Below, one piece after another: positions 1 to 7,793 of a DNA stretch of 11,267 bases. The notes beneath the pieces are model-generated. The model saw only the letters and a list, made by a program, of their open reading frames with translations. It was not told the DNA's origin and ran no database searches. The stretch lies in NCBI GenBank assembly GCA_038213805.1, contig JBBQSO010000128.1, forward strand, positions 1 to 11,267. The letters run 5' to 3'. The position numbers and the translations under genes are program-made. The DNA comes from Planctomycetota bacterium (GTDB lineage Bacteria; Planctomycetota; UBA11346). Numbering within the stretch: the first letter of the stretch is position 1; each line of letters opens with the position of its first letter.

Positions 1-77
1 ACTGCCTCCTGCTTGAATTCCTTGGTGTGCTTACGCCGCTTGGCCTTGGACGACCGGGACGGGGTTGGGGTGGTCAT
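1..77 (-). CDS. IS3-family transposase OrfA, N-terminal part (runs off window)
   Basis: Manual translation from ATG at 77: MTTPTPSRSSKAKRRKHTKEFKQEA(V). This matches the 'RRxYTxEFKxEAV' start of HTH_Tnp_1 OrfA proteins. AGGA lies 9 nt upstream. Not in the ORF track. Confidence 0.85.
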   Translation of the reverse strand, partial: MTTPTPSRSSKAKRRKHTKEFKQEA

Positions 78-116
78 GGTGGATCATCCTATCAGCGGTT
101 TCCCGCTTATCATGGC

Positions 117-140
117 GTCCACAAAACCGGGGGAGGATCA
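117..140 (-). repeat. IS3-family left terminal inverted repeat (inner boundary approximate)
   Basis: The reverse complement reads TGATCCTCCCCCGGTTTTGTGGAC and lies upstream of orfA. The partner IR is outside the window. Confidence 0.7.
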
Positions 141-250
141 GTCCCGTGCGCAGCACGGAAGCACGGGCAGACGCTGTCAGGTTGGCCCGCATGCGGCGGT
201 GGTGAGCCCATGGAGCCCTTTCTACGCCACGCGTGGAACCAGGGTGGGGG

Positions 251-1756
251 ATGCACACCGTGGAACTCTACGCCCATGTCCGCCGCTTCGTCGCGGTTGA
301 TCACCACAGCCAGCGGGAGGCAGCCCGACATTTCGGGATCAGCTGGGACATGGTTGCCAAGATGATGGAGAACGCGCAGCCGCCAGGCTATCGACGGACG
401 GCGCCAGTGGCGCGGTCGAAGCTCGACCCCTTCCTGGGTTGGATCGCAGAGACCCTGAAGGCAGATCAGCAGAAGCATCGCAAGCAGCGACACACCGCAC
501 AGCGGATCTTCGAACGGCTCACGGCCGAGCATGGCTACACCGGCGGCTACACGGTGATCAAGGATGTGGTGCGCGAGCACGAGCGCCGTCACCGCGAGAT
601 GTTCGTGCCGTTGGTTCACCCGCCTGGCCACGCGCAGGTCGACTTCGGAGAGGCCGTCGTGGTGGTCGGCGGGGTTGAGCAGAAGGTCCACTTCCTGGCC
701 ATGGACCTGCCGCACAGCAACGCACCGTTCGTGATGATCTTCCCCAAGGAGAAGACCGCGGCGTTCTGCCTGGGCCACGTCGAGGCGTTCGCCCGGTTCG
801 GTGGGGTTCAGCAGTCGATCCTGTACGACAACACGTCGATCGCCGTGGCGCGGATTCTGGAGACCGGGGAACGGGTCCGAACGCAGGTGTTCGGCCAATT
901 GCTCGGCCACTACCTGTTCCGCGATCGCTTTGCGCGGGTGGGCAAGGGCAACGACAAGGGCAACGTCGAAGGCTTGGTGAAGTACACCCAGCGGACGATC
1001 CTGACGCCAATCCCCGACGCCCCCGATTGGGAGGCGCTCAACCTCCATGTTCGGGAGCGCTGCCGGCTGCGTCAGGACGAGCGCGTCCGGGGCTCGGCGG
1101 GCACCACTGGCGAGCGTGTGGCCGCCGATGTCGCCGCCTTCCTGCCGCTGCCGGCGGCGCCATTCGATTGCTGTCGCCTAGTTCCCGGTCGTGTCAGCAG
1201 CCAATCGCTTGTGCGCTTCGAGACCAACGACTATTCGGTCCCGGTGGCATTCGGCCATCGCTAGGTGCTGATCAAAGCCTACGTCCACGAGGTGAGAATC
1301 TGCCACGGGGCCGAGGTGATCGCCCGGCATGTGCGCAGCTAAGAGCGTGACACCATGATCTTCGATCCGCTGCACTACCTGCCGCTGATCGAGCAGAAAG
1401 TCGGCAGCCTCGACCAGGCGGCACCGTTGGCCGGCTGGGTGCTCCCCGCAGAATTCCCCGTCCTGCGTCGGTTGCTGGAGAGCCGGTTGGCCAAGGCCGG
1501 TTCCCGTGAGTACGTCGGTGTGGTGCGCCTGCTGGAAGGATTCAGCCTCAGCCAGGTCTATCGGGCTATTCTCACCGCCCTGCGCCTGGGAGCGATCAGC
1601 TACGACGGTGTGAAGCACTGCCTGCTCGCCGCGCTCGACGGTCGGCCACCGCGCCTCGATCTGGCTGACTCTCCGCACCTGCCGCTGCCCGAGGTCGCCA
1701 CCACCGATCCGGGCGCCTACAATGAGCTGCTGCTGACTGCGGCGGGGATCCCATGA
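251..1756 (+). pseudogene. istA: IS21-family transposase IstA with two internal nonsense codons
   Basis: ORFs 233..1264 and 1355..1756 share one frame. The gap reads *VLIKAYVHEVRICHGAEVIARHVRS*ERDT (TAG 1262-1264, TAA 1340-1342). N-terminal HTH (SQREAARHFGISWDMVAKM), DDE motifs QVDFG / LYDN / KGNVE and C-terminal YSVP and DPLHYL motifs are present. Full length would be 501 codons from ATG 251. Confidence 0.92.
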
Positions 1757-2550
1757 GTGACGCCATCGCCCCGACGCCGCCAGCGGTCCTGCTCGCCCAC
1801 CACCTCAAGGAGCTCCGGCTCCCAACCTGTCTGCGCGAGTATGAGCGCTTGGCGCAGCAGTGCGCCCAGGAGGGCGTTGATCATGTCCTCTACCTGCTCC
1901 GACTGGTCGAACTCGAACTAATCGACCGCGAACGGCGCCTGATCGATCGGCGCATCAAGGCTGCGCGCTTCCCGGTCGTCAAATCGCTCGACGCCTTCGA
2001 CTTCCTGGCCATCCCCAGCGTCAATAAGCCGCTGGTGCTCGACCTCGCCCGCGGCGGCTACATCGATCGGCGCGAGAACATCATCGCCGTCGGCAACAGT
2101 GGCACCGGCAAGAGTCATCTCGCCCTCGGCCTCGGTCTGGCCGCCTGCCAACGCGGCTATGCCGTCCTCTGGACCAGCGCCGCCGCCCTGGTCAACACCC
2201 TCATCGAGGCCCGTGACGAGGAGCACCTGCTGCGCTATCAGAAGACCCTTGCCAAGGTCCAGCTCCTGATTATCGATGAACTCGGCTTCGTGCCGCTCTC
2301 GAAGACCGGCGCCGAGCTCCTGTTCGAGGTCTTCTCCCAGCGCCACGAGCGCGGTTCTACCCTGGTCACCAGCAACCTGCCCTTCGACGAGTGGACCGAG
2401 GTCTTCGGCAGCCAACGCCTCACCGGCGCCCTGCTCGATCGCCTCACCCACCACGTCCACCTGCTGACCTGCAATGGCGACAGCTACCGCTTGGCCGACG
2501 CCAAGAGCCGACGCGCCAAGCCAGCCTCCAAGACCACCGACGAGACCTGA
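1753..2550 (+). CDS. istB: IS21-family helper AAA+ ATPase IstB
   Basis: 265 aa; Walker A GNSGTGKS, Walker B LLIIDE, TSNLPFDEW and ALLDRLTHH motifs. Start overlaps the istA stop (ATGA). Confidence 0.97.
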   Translation: MSDAIAPTPPAVLLAHHLKELRLPTCLREYERLAQQCAQEGVDHVLYLLRLVELELIDRERRLIDRRIKAARFPVVKSLDAFDFLAIPSVNKPLVLDLARGGYIDRRENIIAVGNSGTGKSHLALGLGLAACQRGYAVLWTSAAALVNTLIEARDEEHLLRYQKTLAKVQLLIIDELGFVPLSKTGAELLFEVFSQRHERGSTLVTSNLPFDEWTEVFGSQRLTGALLDRLTHHVHLLTCNGDSYRLADAKSRRAKPASKTTDET

Positions 2551-2588
2551 TCCAGCCGCGTCAGGCCACGGCGGCTATGCCGCCAGGG

Positions 2589-2638
2589 TGGCCTGATTTT
2601 GCGCCGCCGATTGGCCTGATTTTGGTCCGCCCTTTACA
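2589..2638. repeat. IS21 right end: terminal IR with two tandem transposase-binding repeats
   Basis: TGGCCTGATTTTGCGCCGCC (2589-2608) and TGGCCTGATTTTGGTCCGCC (2612-2631) are 18/20 identical with a 23-bp period, followed by CTTTACA ending at 2638. An inverted 8-bp partial copy, TCAGGCCA, lies at 2561-2568. Confidence 0.9.
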
Positions 2639-2744
2639 GTTCCTGGGCCGCCTTGGCGAGCAGAACGTCCTCCGTCAGCTGCTGCCGGGTGAGCGGGGGA
2701 TTCCAGTGAGCGAAGAAGAGTTCAGACATGGCGACGCTGATCAT
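2639..2744 (-). pseudogene. Possible 5' fragment of a gene interrupted by the IS21 element
   Basis: On the minus strand, AAGGA-6nt-ATG(2744) opens MISVAMSELFFAHWNPPLTRQQLTEDVLLAKAAQE, which stays open to the IS boundary. Its stop (TAA, 2634-2636) is supplied by the IS end. No family recognised. Confidence 0.4.
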
Positions 2745-2889
2745 GGCGATCCTTCGCACTGCGCTTGCGCAGCGGCGACCCAAGTCCAAATACGAGGAAT
2801 GGGAATCATGGAAGGGCACAGGACCATGCTGTCCTCACCGCACGTCCATGATCTCCCCGATGCCCACCAGGCCGACGTGGTCCCGCCCA

Positions 2890-5800
2890 TCAGTGGCTGC
2901 CGTGCTCCGTGCCCGCCGGCTTCCCAGCGTCGCCCTTGGCTTTGCGCTGACTGAGGAATTCGATGAGGTCGCGCAGATCGGTCGGCGGCAGGACGGCAGC
3001 GATCGGCGGCATCGCTGAGACGGGCCCCTCGCGCTTGGTGATGTCACCGATGGCGATGGTCTTCTTGTCGCCGTTCGGCAGCAGCATCTCGACCTTGCCG
3101 TCCTTGTCCGCGGTGAGCCGGCCCATCGAGACGTCGCCATTCTTCGTTGTGACCGTCATGGTGCCGTAACCTTCAGCGATCTTGGCGTTGGGCGTGAGGA
3201 CCGATTCCAGCAGCGTGGCGCGATCCTGGCGCAGGCCGACACCATCAAGCGGCGGTCCCTGGATGCCGCCCTGCTTGTCGACCATGTGGCATTGCACGCA
3301 GGCGCCGCCGCCGCGGAAGATCGCCTCACCCTTCGCGGCATCGCCACCCTCCAGCGCCAGGCCTTGGATATTCTTGGGCTCGGCACCGAAGGTCTCGGCG
3401 AGCTTTTTCAGCGCTTCCTGGTCAGATGCGCGCATCGCCAAGTAGAGATCAAGGTGGGTCGCGGCCGGCAAGGCGGTGGCGCGCTCGTTCCACAACTTCG
3501 CGAAGCGTGCGCTGGCGCCTTCACCCTCAATCAGGCGCCGGATCGCGACGCGCACGCGCACCGGCGACTTGGAGACCAGCGCGGCCTCAGCCAGGTCCTG
3601 GCGCCCGTCCAGCTTCAGCTTGAAGTGCAGATCCAGCAGCGTCGCCTTGATTGGATCCTCTGGCAGCTTCATCAGGTCCGGCAGGGCGACCTTGAAGTCC
3701 TCGGGGCTGGCGCTCAGGGCCCGCAGCGCGGCCAAGCGGGTCGCCATCTCGGCCTTGCCGTTCTGCACCTGGGCCACGAGCAGCCTGGGGGACAGCTTCA
3801 TGCCCAGCTGCTTGGCCAGGTCCAGGCCCTTGGCTAGCAGTGGGGATTTCTCGTTTTCGAGGAAGGCGCTCAGTTCTTCGTGGATGCCGGGATAGATGGC
3901 ATCCTTGCGATCGCCGAGCGACACATGGTCGTTGTTGAGCGGATCGAATTCCGGCAGGTGGTTCCAGCGCATCAGCAGCGCGAGGCCCTGCTCACGCACC
4001 GGCATCTGCACCTTGGGATCGCTGACCAGGTGCAGCACGGCCTTCGCTCCATCGACCCCACCGTGCAGGAAATCGATGAGCGCGATGCGGCGCTGATTGG
4101 TGATGGTGAATTCTCCGGCCTGATCCGTCAGTTTCATGACCTCCGGATAGCCAGTCGTCACGCGGTTGTCGTAGATCGCGCCCAGGGCCGTCACCTTGAC
4201 CAGCTTGTCGCTGTCGCCCAGGAAGCGCACCACCTGGCCGCTGTGCAGCAGGCGCAGCACCAGCACGGCACCCAGTCGCGCTTCCCGTTCCGCAGCGCCC
4301 AGCTGCGCCAGCGCACCGGATTCATCGGCGATGGCGGCCAGCGCGTTGACGATGGCGAAACGCAGGTAGCGGTCCTTCGCGGCATCGTTCTTCTTCAGCG
4401 CGGCCCACAGGGCGGGCGCGGCGTCCTTGTACGCCATCTTGCCGAGGGCGATGGCCGCATGGCTCTGTACCCGGCGTGAGGCGTCGCCGAGGCACGTCAG
4501 CAGTACGGGAGCCGCGGACGGCGCCCGCAGATCGCCCAGGATGCGGCACGCCGAGACCCGCAGTTCGACTTCGGTTGAGGCCGCCGCCGCAAGAAAGGTC
4601 GCTAGGTGGTCGCCCTTGCCAGCGCGCTGCAGCTGGCCCATGCCCCACAGCGAATGGAGTTTCGCATTCAGGCCGCCCGATCCGGCGAACGTCTGCTGCA
4701 GGGTCTGCGCGTCATTGCGCTCGACCAGTTCGAACTGCGCGCGCTGGCGCACCCGCACATCCGGGTGGCTCAGCAGCTGCTGCAGATCCTTGCGCTGCTT
4801 GAAGCCCCCGGCGAAGATCGCCTTGGTCTCCTGCACCGACGCCTTCTTCAGGCCTTCCGGCCATTCCACCGCGTGGATGGCGCCACGGTCATTGGCGCTC
4901 CACCCGCCGCCGAAATCGAGCAGGAAGAGGCGGCCATCGTAGCCGAGATCGATATCGGAACTGCCGATGCCCGTCGAGACGATCAGCGGATCCTTGTCGC
5001 GGACCGTGAAGCCGGCCCCATCCACGGTGAGCTTGAAGGAGAGGACGTTGCAGTTCGCGGCATCGCCGCGGTAGTTGGTCACCAGGAAGCTGCCCTTGAG
5101 AGCGTCCGGCAACGATTCACCCGCCGCATAGACGATGCCGGATGGACCACTCTGGAACAACGCGACCGGCGGCAGCAGCCACTGCGGCTGATCGTCCATG
5201 TCCGGGCGGAACATGTTCTCTTCCGTCCAGCGGGAATTGGTCGTCATCACATCATTGTCGGGGAAGGCCCAACGGTACTGGTGCGGGACCTGATGTTCTT
5301 TGTACCAGCCTGCGTCACCACCTTCCATGGCGTAGACCACGCGGGCGATGTCGCCGAAGTCACCGGTATTGTCGAAGGTCATGAGGTCGCCGAACTCGTC
5401 GAAGGCGATCTCCTGCGGGTTGCGCAGGCCGTTGAAGAACACCTCCATCTTGGTGCCATCGGGTTCGCTGCGGAAGATCGCCCCCCTGCTCGGGGCCATC
5501 AGGCGTACGCCTTCCTTGGTGACGACGTTGAAGCCGCGATCGCCAATGCTCCAATAGAGCCGGCCGTCCGGACCACGCACGATGCCGTGCATGTCGTGAC
5601 CCATCATGCTGATGCCGACACCGAAGCCGGTCAGCAGTTTTTCGCGGATCTCAGCCTTGCCGTCGCCATCGCGGTCTTCGAAGCGCCAGAGATTCGGGAT
5701 GCAGGTCAGGAAGACCTGATTGTCATAGGCCAGCGCGCTGAACGCGAGGCCGTCTTCGGGATTGTCGAGGCCTTCCGTCACATAGTCGGAGCGCTTGTCG

Positions 5801-6216
5801 AGCAGGCCGTTCCCCTTGGTATCCTCCAGCAGGGCGATGCGTTCACCGCTTTTCACATATTTGTCTTTGGTCGAGTCCGCCATCAGCATCGCCCGGCGTT
5901 CCTCGACCGTCTGCAACAGGAAGTCCTTCAAGGTGAATTGCCGGGCGCCGCGGATGTCGATGATCGCGCCATCGCGCAGCCGCTGGCTTTCGACGACGTA
6001 GAAACGCCCTTTCTCATCGATCGCGAAGCTGGTCGGATTGTCCAACAGCGGTTTGGCGGCGATCTGGTACCCGATCAGGCCATCCACCAGCAGCTTCCCT
6101 TTGAAGGTTGGCTGGACGTGGTCTTCCGCTCGCAGGGTGGTGAGCGACAAGCAGGACGCCAGCACCGCGCAGGTGGTGGTCGCGGCGGCCCGGAGCAGGG
6201 ACTGGCTCGAAGTCAT
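2890..6216 (-). CDS. Secreted PVC-type putative dehydrogenase: glucose/sorbosone-dehydrogenase-like beta-propeller + HEAT repeats + C-terminal c-type cytochrome
   Basis: 1108 aa from ATG 6216 (AGGA upstream; signal peptide ...LSLTTLRA|ED). Propeller motifs DRDGDGKAE, HGIVRGPDGRLYWSIGDRG and GLRNPQEIAFDEFGD. HEAT-like repeats such as LLSHPDVRVRQRAQFEL. Heme motif CVQCH (3286-3300), GPPLDGVG, LLESVLTPNAKIAEGY and distal-Met motif SAMPP. Resembles the TIGR02604/TIGR02603 architecture. Confidence 0.9.
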   Translation of the reverse strand: MTSSQSLLRAAATTTCAVLASCLSLTTLRAEDHVQPTFKGKLLVDGLIGYQIAAKPLLDNPTSFAIDEKGRFYVVESQRLRDGAIIDIRGARQFTLKDFLLQTVEERRAMLMADSTKDKYVKSGERIALLEDTKGNGLLDKRSDYVTEGLDNPEDGLAFSALAYDNQVFLTCIPNLWRFEDRDGDGKAEIREKLLTGFGVGISMMGHDMHGIVRGPDGRLYWSIGDRGFNVVTKEGVRLMAPSRGAIFRSEPDGTKMEVFFNGLRNPQEIAFDEFGDLMTFDNTGDFGDIARVVYAMEGGDAGWYKEHQVPHQYRWAFPDNDVMTTNSRWTEENMFRPDMDDQPQWLLPPVALFQSGPSGIVYAAGESLPDALKGSFLVTNYRGDAANCNVLSFKLTVDGAGFTVRDKDPLIVSTGIGSSDIDLGYDGRLFLLDFGGGWSANDRGAIHAVEWPEGLKKASVQETKAIFAGGFKQRKDLQQLLSHPDVRVRQRAQFELVERNDAQTLQQTFAGSGGLNAKLHSLWGMGQLQRAGKGDHLATFLAAAASTEVELRVSACRILGDLRAPSAAPVLLTCLGDASRRVQSHAAIALGKMAYKDAAPALWAALKKNDAAKDRYLRFAIVNALAAIADESGALAQLGAAEREARLGAVLVLRLLHSGQVVRFLGDSDKLVKVTALGAIYDNRVTTGYPEVMKLTDQAGEFTITNQRRIALIDFLHGGVDGAKAVLHLVSDPKVQMPVREQGLALLMRWNHLPEFDPLNNDHVSLGDRKDAIYPGIHEELSAFLENEKSPLLAKGLDLAKQLGMKLSPRLLVAQVQNGKAEMATRLAALRALSASPEDFKVALPDLMKLPEDPIKATLLDLHFKLKLDGRQDLAEAALVSKSPVRVRVAIRRLIEGEGASARFAKLWNERATALPAATHLDLYLAMRASDQEALKKLAETFGAEPKNIQGLALEGGDAAKGEAIFRGGGACVQCHMVDKQGGIQGPPLDGVGLRQDRATLLESVLTPNAKIAEGYGTMTVTTKNGDVSMGRLTADKDGKVEMLLPNGDKKTIAIGDITKREGPVSAMPPIAAVLPPTDLRDLIEFLSQRKAKGDAGKPAGTEHGSH

Positions 6217-6547
6217 GGGGACGTGTTCCTGGATGGTGGCGAATGCAGGCGAATGGGGCGCTCGTCGTACCAGATCCAGAGCCCCAGACCAACCAATCTC
6301 CGCATACACTGCTCGTGGCGTCTGTCACTGACCGCGTGACCGGTGGTCTCGACGCTCCCGTGGCCGAGCGGATCCGCGGCTGGCTCGAAGGATTCCTGCG
6401 CTGTGCTGCAGAGGATCACGGACCGGCCCGCTTTCCGAACGTCTCGCGGCTGACTGCTCCTCCTCGCGCCACCACGCAGCGGGCGCAGGTGACAGCGTTT
6501 TCAGGAGGTCGCCAAACAGCCTCTGCTGCCAGCTCGTATGCGCCTGC

Positions 6548-7330
6548 ATGCGCATTCCACGCCGTGCCATCCGCCTGCTGAGGCGACTGTCCACGCATCC
6601 CATCCGGTCCGCGGTGAGCGCCGCGTTCGCCATGAGCCTGGCGATGCCCGCGTCCGGCGCCGAAGGTGCGGCGGTACTTGAGCTCTTCTCCAGCGAGGGC
6701 TGTTCGAGCTGCCCGCCTGCGGAGCTCGTGGCCAACGCGCTGGAGCGTGACGCGCTCGCCCGCCATGAGAGCCTGAGCATCCTGGTCTTCCCGGTCGATT
6801 ACTGGGACTCGCTCGGCTGGAAGGATCCGTTCGCGAGCCCCGACTTCACCGCACGTCAGGCAGGCTATGCCCGCGCCCTGGGTCTGACCCAGGTCTTCAC
6901 GCCGCAGGCGATCGTCAACGGCGCCGTCTCGCTGGTCGGTGCGCAGGAGCACGCGCTGCGCCAAGCCCTGGAGCGCGCTCGCGGGCAGGCGCTGCCGACG
7001 CAGGTCACGCTGTCCGCGCGGTGGCGGGACGGGCGCTGCCACCTCGCCGTGATGCTGAGCGGTGCGCCGGCCGGTGCCGAGGTCGCGATCGCGTTGACCG
7101 AGCGCGGTCTGGTCAGTGTGGTGGCCGCTGGCGAGAACGCCGGGCGAACGCTGGTCCATGCGCCGATCGTCCGCGCCTTCCAGGTGGTCTCCGCCGCAGC
7201 CCGGCTCGACGACCTCGTCTTCTCGCCGCCCGCGGGGCTCCGCCACGAGCGCAGCGGGATCACGGTGCTCGTGCAGGATGCGGCGACCAGACGTGTGCTG
7301 GGGGTGGGGAGCGCGCCCATCGCTGAGTGA
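6548..7330 (+). CDS. DUF1223 family secreted thioredoxin-like (CxxC) protein
   Basis: VLELFSSEGCSSCPPAE, VDYWDSLGWKDPF, FTPQAIVNG and GENAGRTLVH motifs, with a basic/hydrophobic N-terminal signal. The start codon is uncertain because there is no clear SD. Confidence 0.9.
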   Translation: MRIPRRAIRLLRRLSTHPIRSAVSAAFAMSLAMPASGAEGAAVLELFSSEGCSSCPPAELVANALERDALARHESLSILVFPVDYWDSLGWKDPFASPDFTARQAGYARALGLTQVFTPQAIVNGAVSLVGAQEHALRQALERARGQALPTQVTLSARWRDGRCHLAVMLSGAPAGAEVAIALTERGLVSVVAAGENAGRTLVHAPIVRAFQVVSAAARLDDLVFSPPAGLRHERSGITVLVQDAATRRVLGVGSAPIAE

Positions 7331-7350
7331 TGCCCAACCCCAGGGATCAG

Positions 7351-7405
7351 GGATGGGCGCTGTGGTGACGTCATCAACCTTCGCAACGCACTGCCGCGCC
7401 CATCC
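7351..7405. other. Intergenic inverted repeat / stem-loop between the DUF1223 gene and the padR promoter
   Basis: GGATGGGCGC (7351-7360) and GCGCCCATCC (7396-7405) form a perfect 10-bp inverted repeat, extendable inward with G-U pairs. There is no U-tract, so it is not called an intrinsic terminator. Confidence 0.55.
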
Positions 7406-7419
7406 GCGGAACAACTCCC

Positions 7420-7454
7420 TTGCATTGTAGTATACGTCAATACATAGTACTGCG
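7420..7454 (+). promoter_or_regulatory. Sigma70-type promoter of padR (likely leaderless), overlapping a probable autoregulatory operator
   Basis: TTGCAT (7420-7425), 17-bp spacer, CATAGT (7443-7448), then 6 nt to ATG 7455 with no SD. AT-rich island containing the imperfect dyad TGTAGT-N7-AATACA (7426-7444). Confidence 0.65.
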
Positions 7455-7793
7455 ATGACCGACGAAACCTGGTTGGTGCAGATGCGCAAGGGCCTGGTCG
7501 AACTCGGCGTGCTCGCCGTGCTGCGCGACCACGAGACTTACGGCTACGACATCGTCAGCCGCCTGCGCCGCTGCGAGGGCATGACGCTCACGGAAAGCAC
7601 GGTCTATCCCGTGCTCGCGCGCCTGGAGGAATCCGCCTGTATCGCGGTGCGCACCGGGCCATCGCCGAGCGGCCCACCGCGGCGCTACTTCCATCTGACG
7701 CGTGCCGGCCACGAGCGCTTGGCGGCCCTGGCGCAGCAATGGCGCACCATCAGCACCGGCATCGACGCGCTGCTCGCGGGGAAACGTCCATGA
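7455..7793 (+). CDS. PadR-family winged-helix transcriptional regulator (short subfamily)
   Basis: 112 aa; QMRKGLVELGVL, TYGYDI, ESTVYPVLARLE and GPPRRYFHLTRAG motifs. Confidence 0.95.
   Translation: MTDETWLVQMRKGLVELGVLAVLRDHETYGYDIVSRLRRCEGMTLTESTVYPVLARLEESACIAVRTGPSPSGPPRRYFHLTRAGHERLAALAQQWRTISTGIDALLAGKRP

Larger units (their letters stand above)
1..140 (-). mobile_element. IS3-family insertion sequence, left end (continues beyond window start)
   Basis: Minus strand begins TGATCCTCCCCCGGTTTTGTGGAC at 140, an IS3-like TG... terminus. It is followed by AGGA and an ORF starting at 77 with the OrfA-type motif RRKHTKEFKQEA(V). Confidence 0.85.
141..2638 (+). mobile_element. IS21-family insertion sequence (left end missing or displaced; istA inactivated)
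   Basis: istA-istB pair with ATGA overlap at 1753-1756. The right end finishes ...CCTTTACA at 2638 and is preceded by two 20-bp direct repeats, as is typical of IS21 ends. No matching left IR in 141-250. Confidence 0.9.

Noticed and set aside
175..200. TGTCAGGTTGGCCC as the IS21 left IR
   Set aside because: It starts with TGT but does not match the right-end sequence TGTAAAGGGCGGACCAAAATCAGGCCA and has no internal repeats.
1262..1342. Stop-codon reassignment or programmed readthrough in istA
   Set aside because: Two different stop codons are involved, TAG terminates the 8328..9608 gene, and no other gene has internal stops. Nonsense mutation or sequencing error is simpler.
2589..2631. CRISPR-like repeats
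   Set aside because: Only two 20-bp units separated by 3 bp; fully explained as IS21 terminal repeats.
6217..6309. N-terminal extensions given by the ORF track (starts at 6309, 233, 7739, 9814)
   Set aside because: Downstream ATGs (6216, 251, 7790, 9931) fit better with SD sites, signal peptides, ATGA coupling or family N-termini.
4606..6339. 577-aa plus-strand ORF and other long antisense ORFs (110..1048, 6416..7489, 8337..9242, 9826..11052)
   Set aside because: These are shadow frames opposite well-supported genes, expected in high-GC DNA, and contain no recognisable motifs.
6243..6581. Small ORF in the divergent intergenic region (possible GTG start at 6315 after TACACT)
   Set aside because: No SD, no matching -35 element and no recognisable domain, and it overlaps the DUF1223 start.
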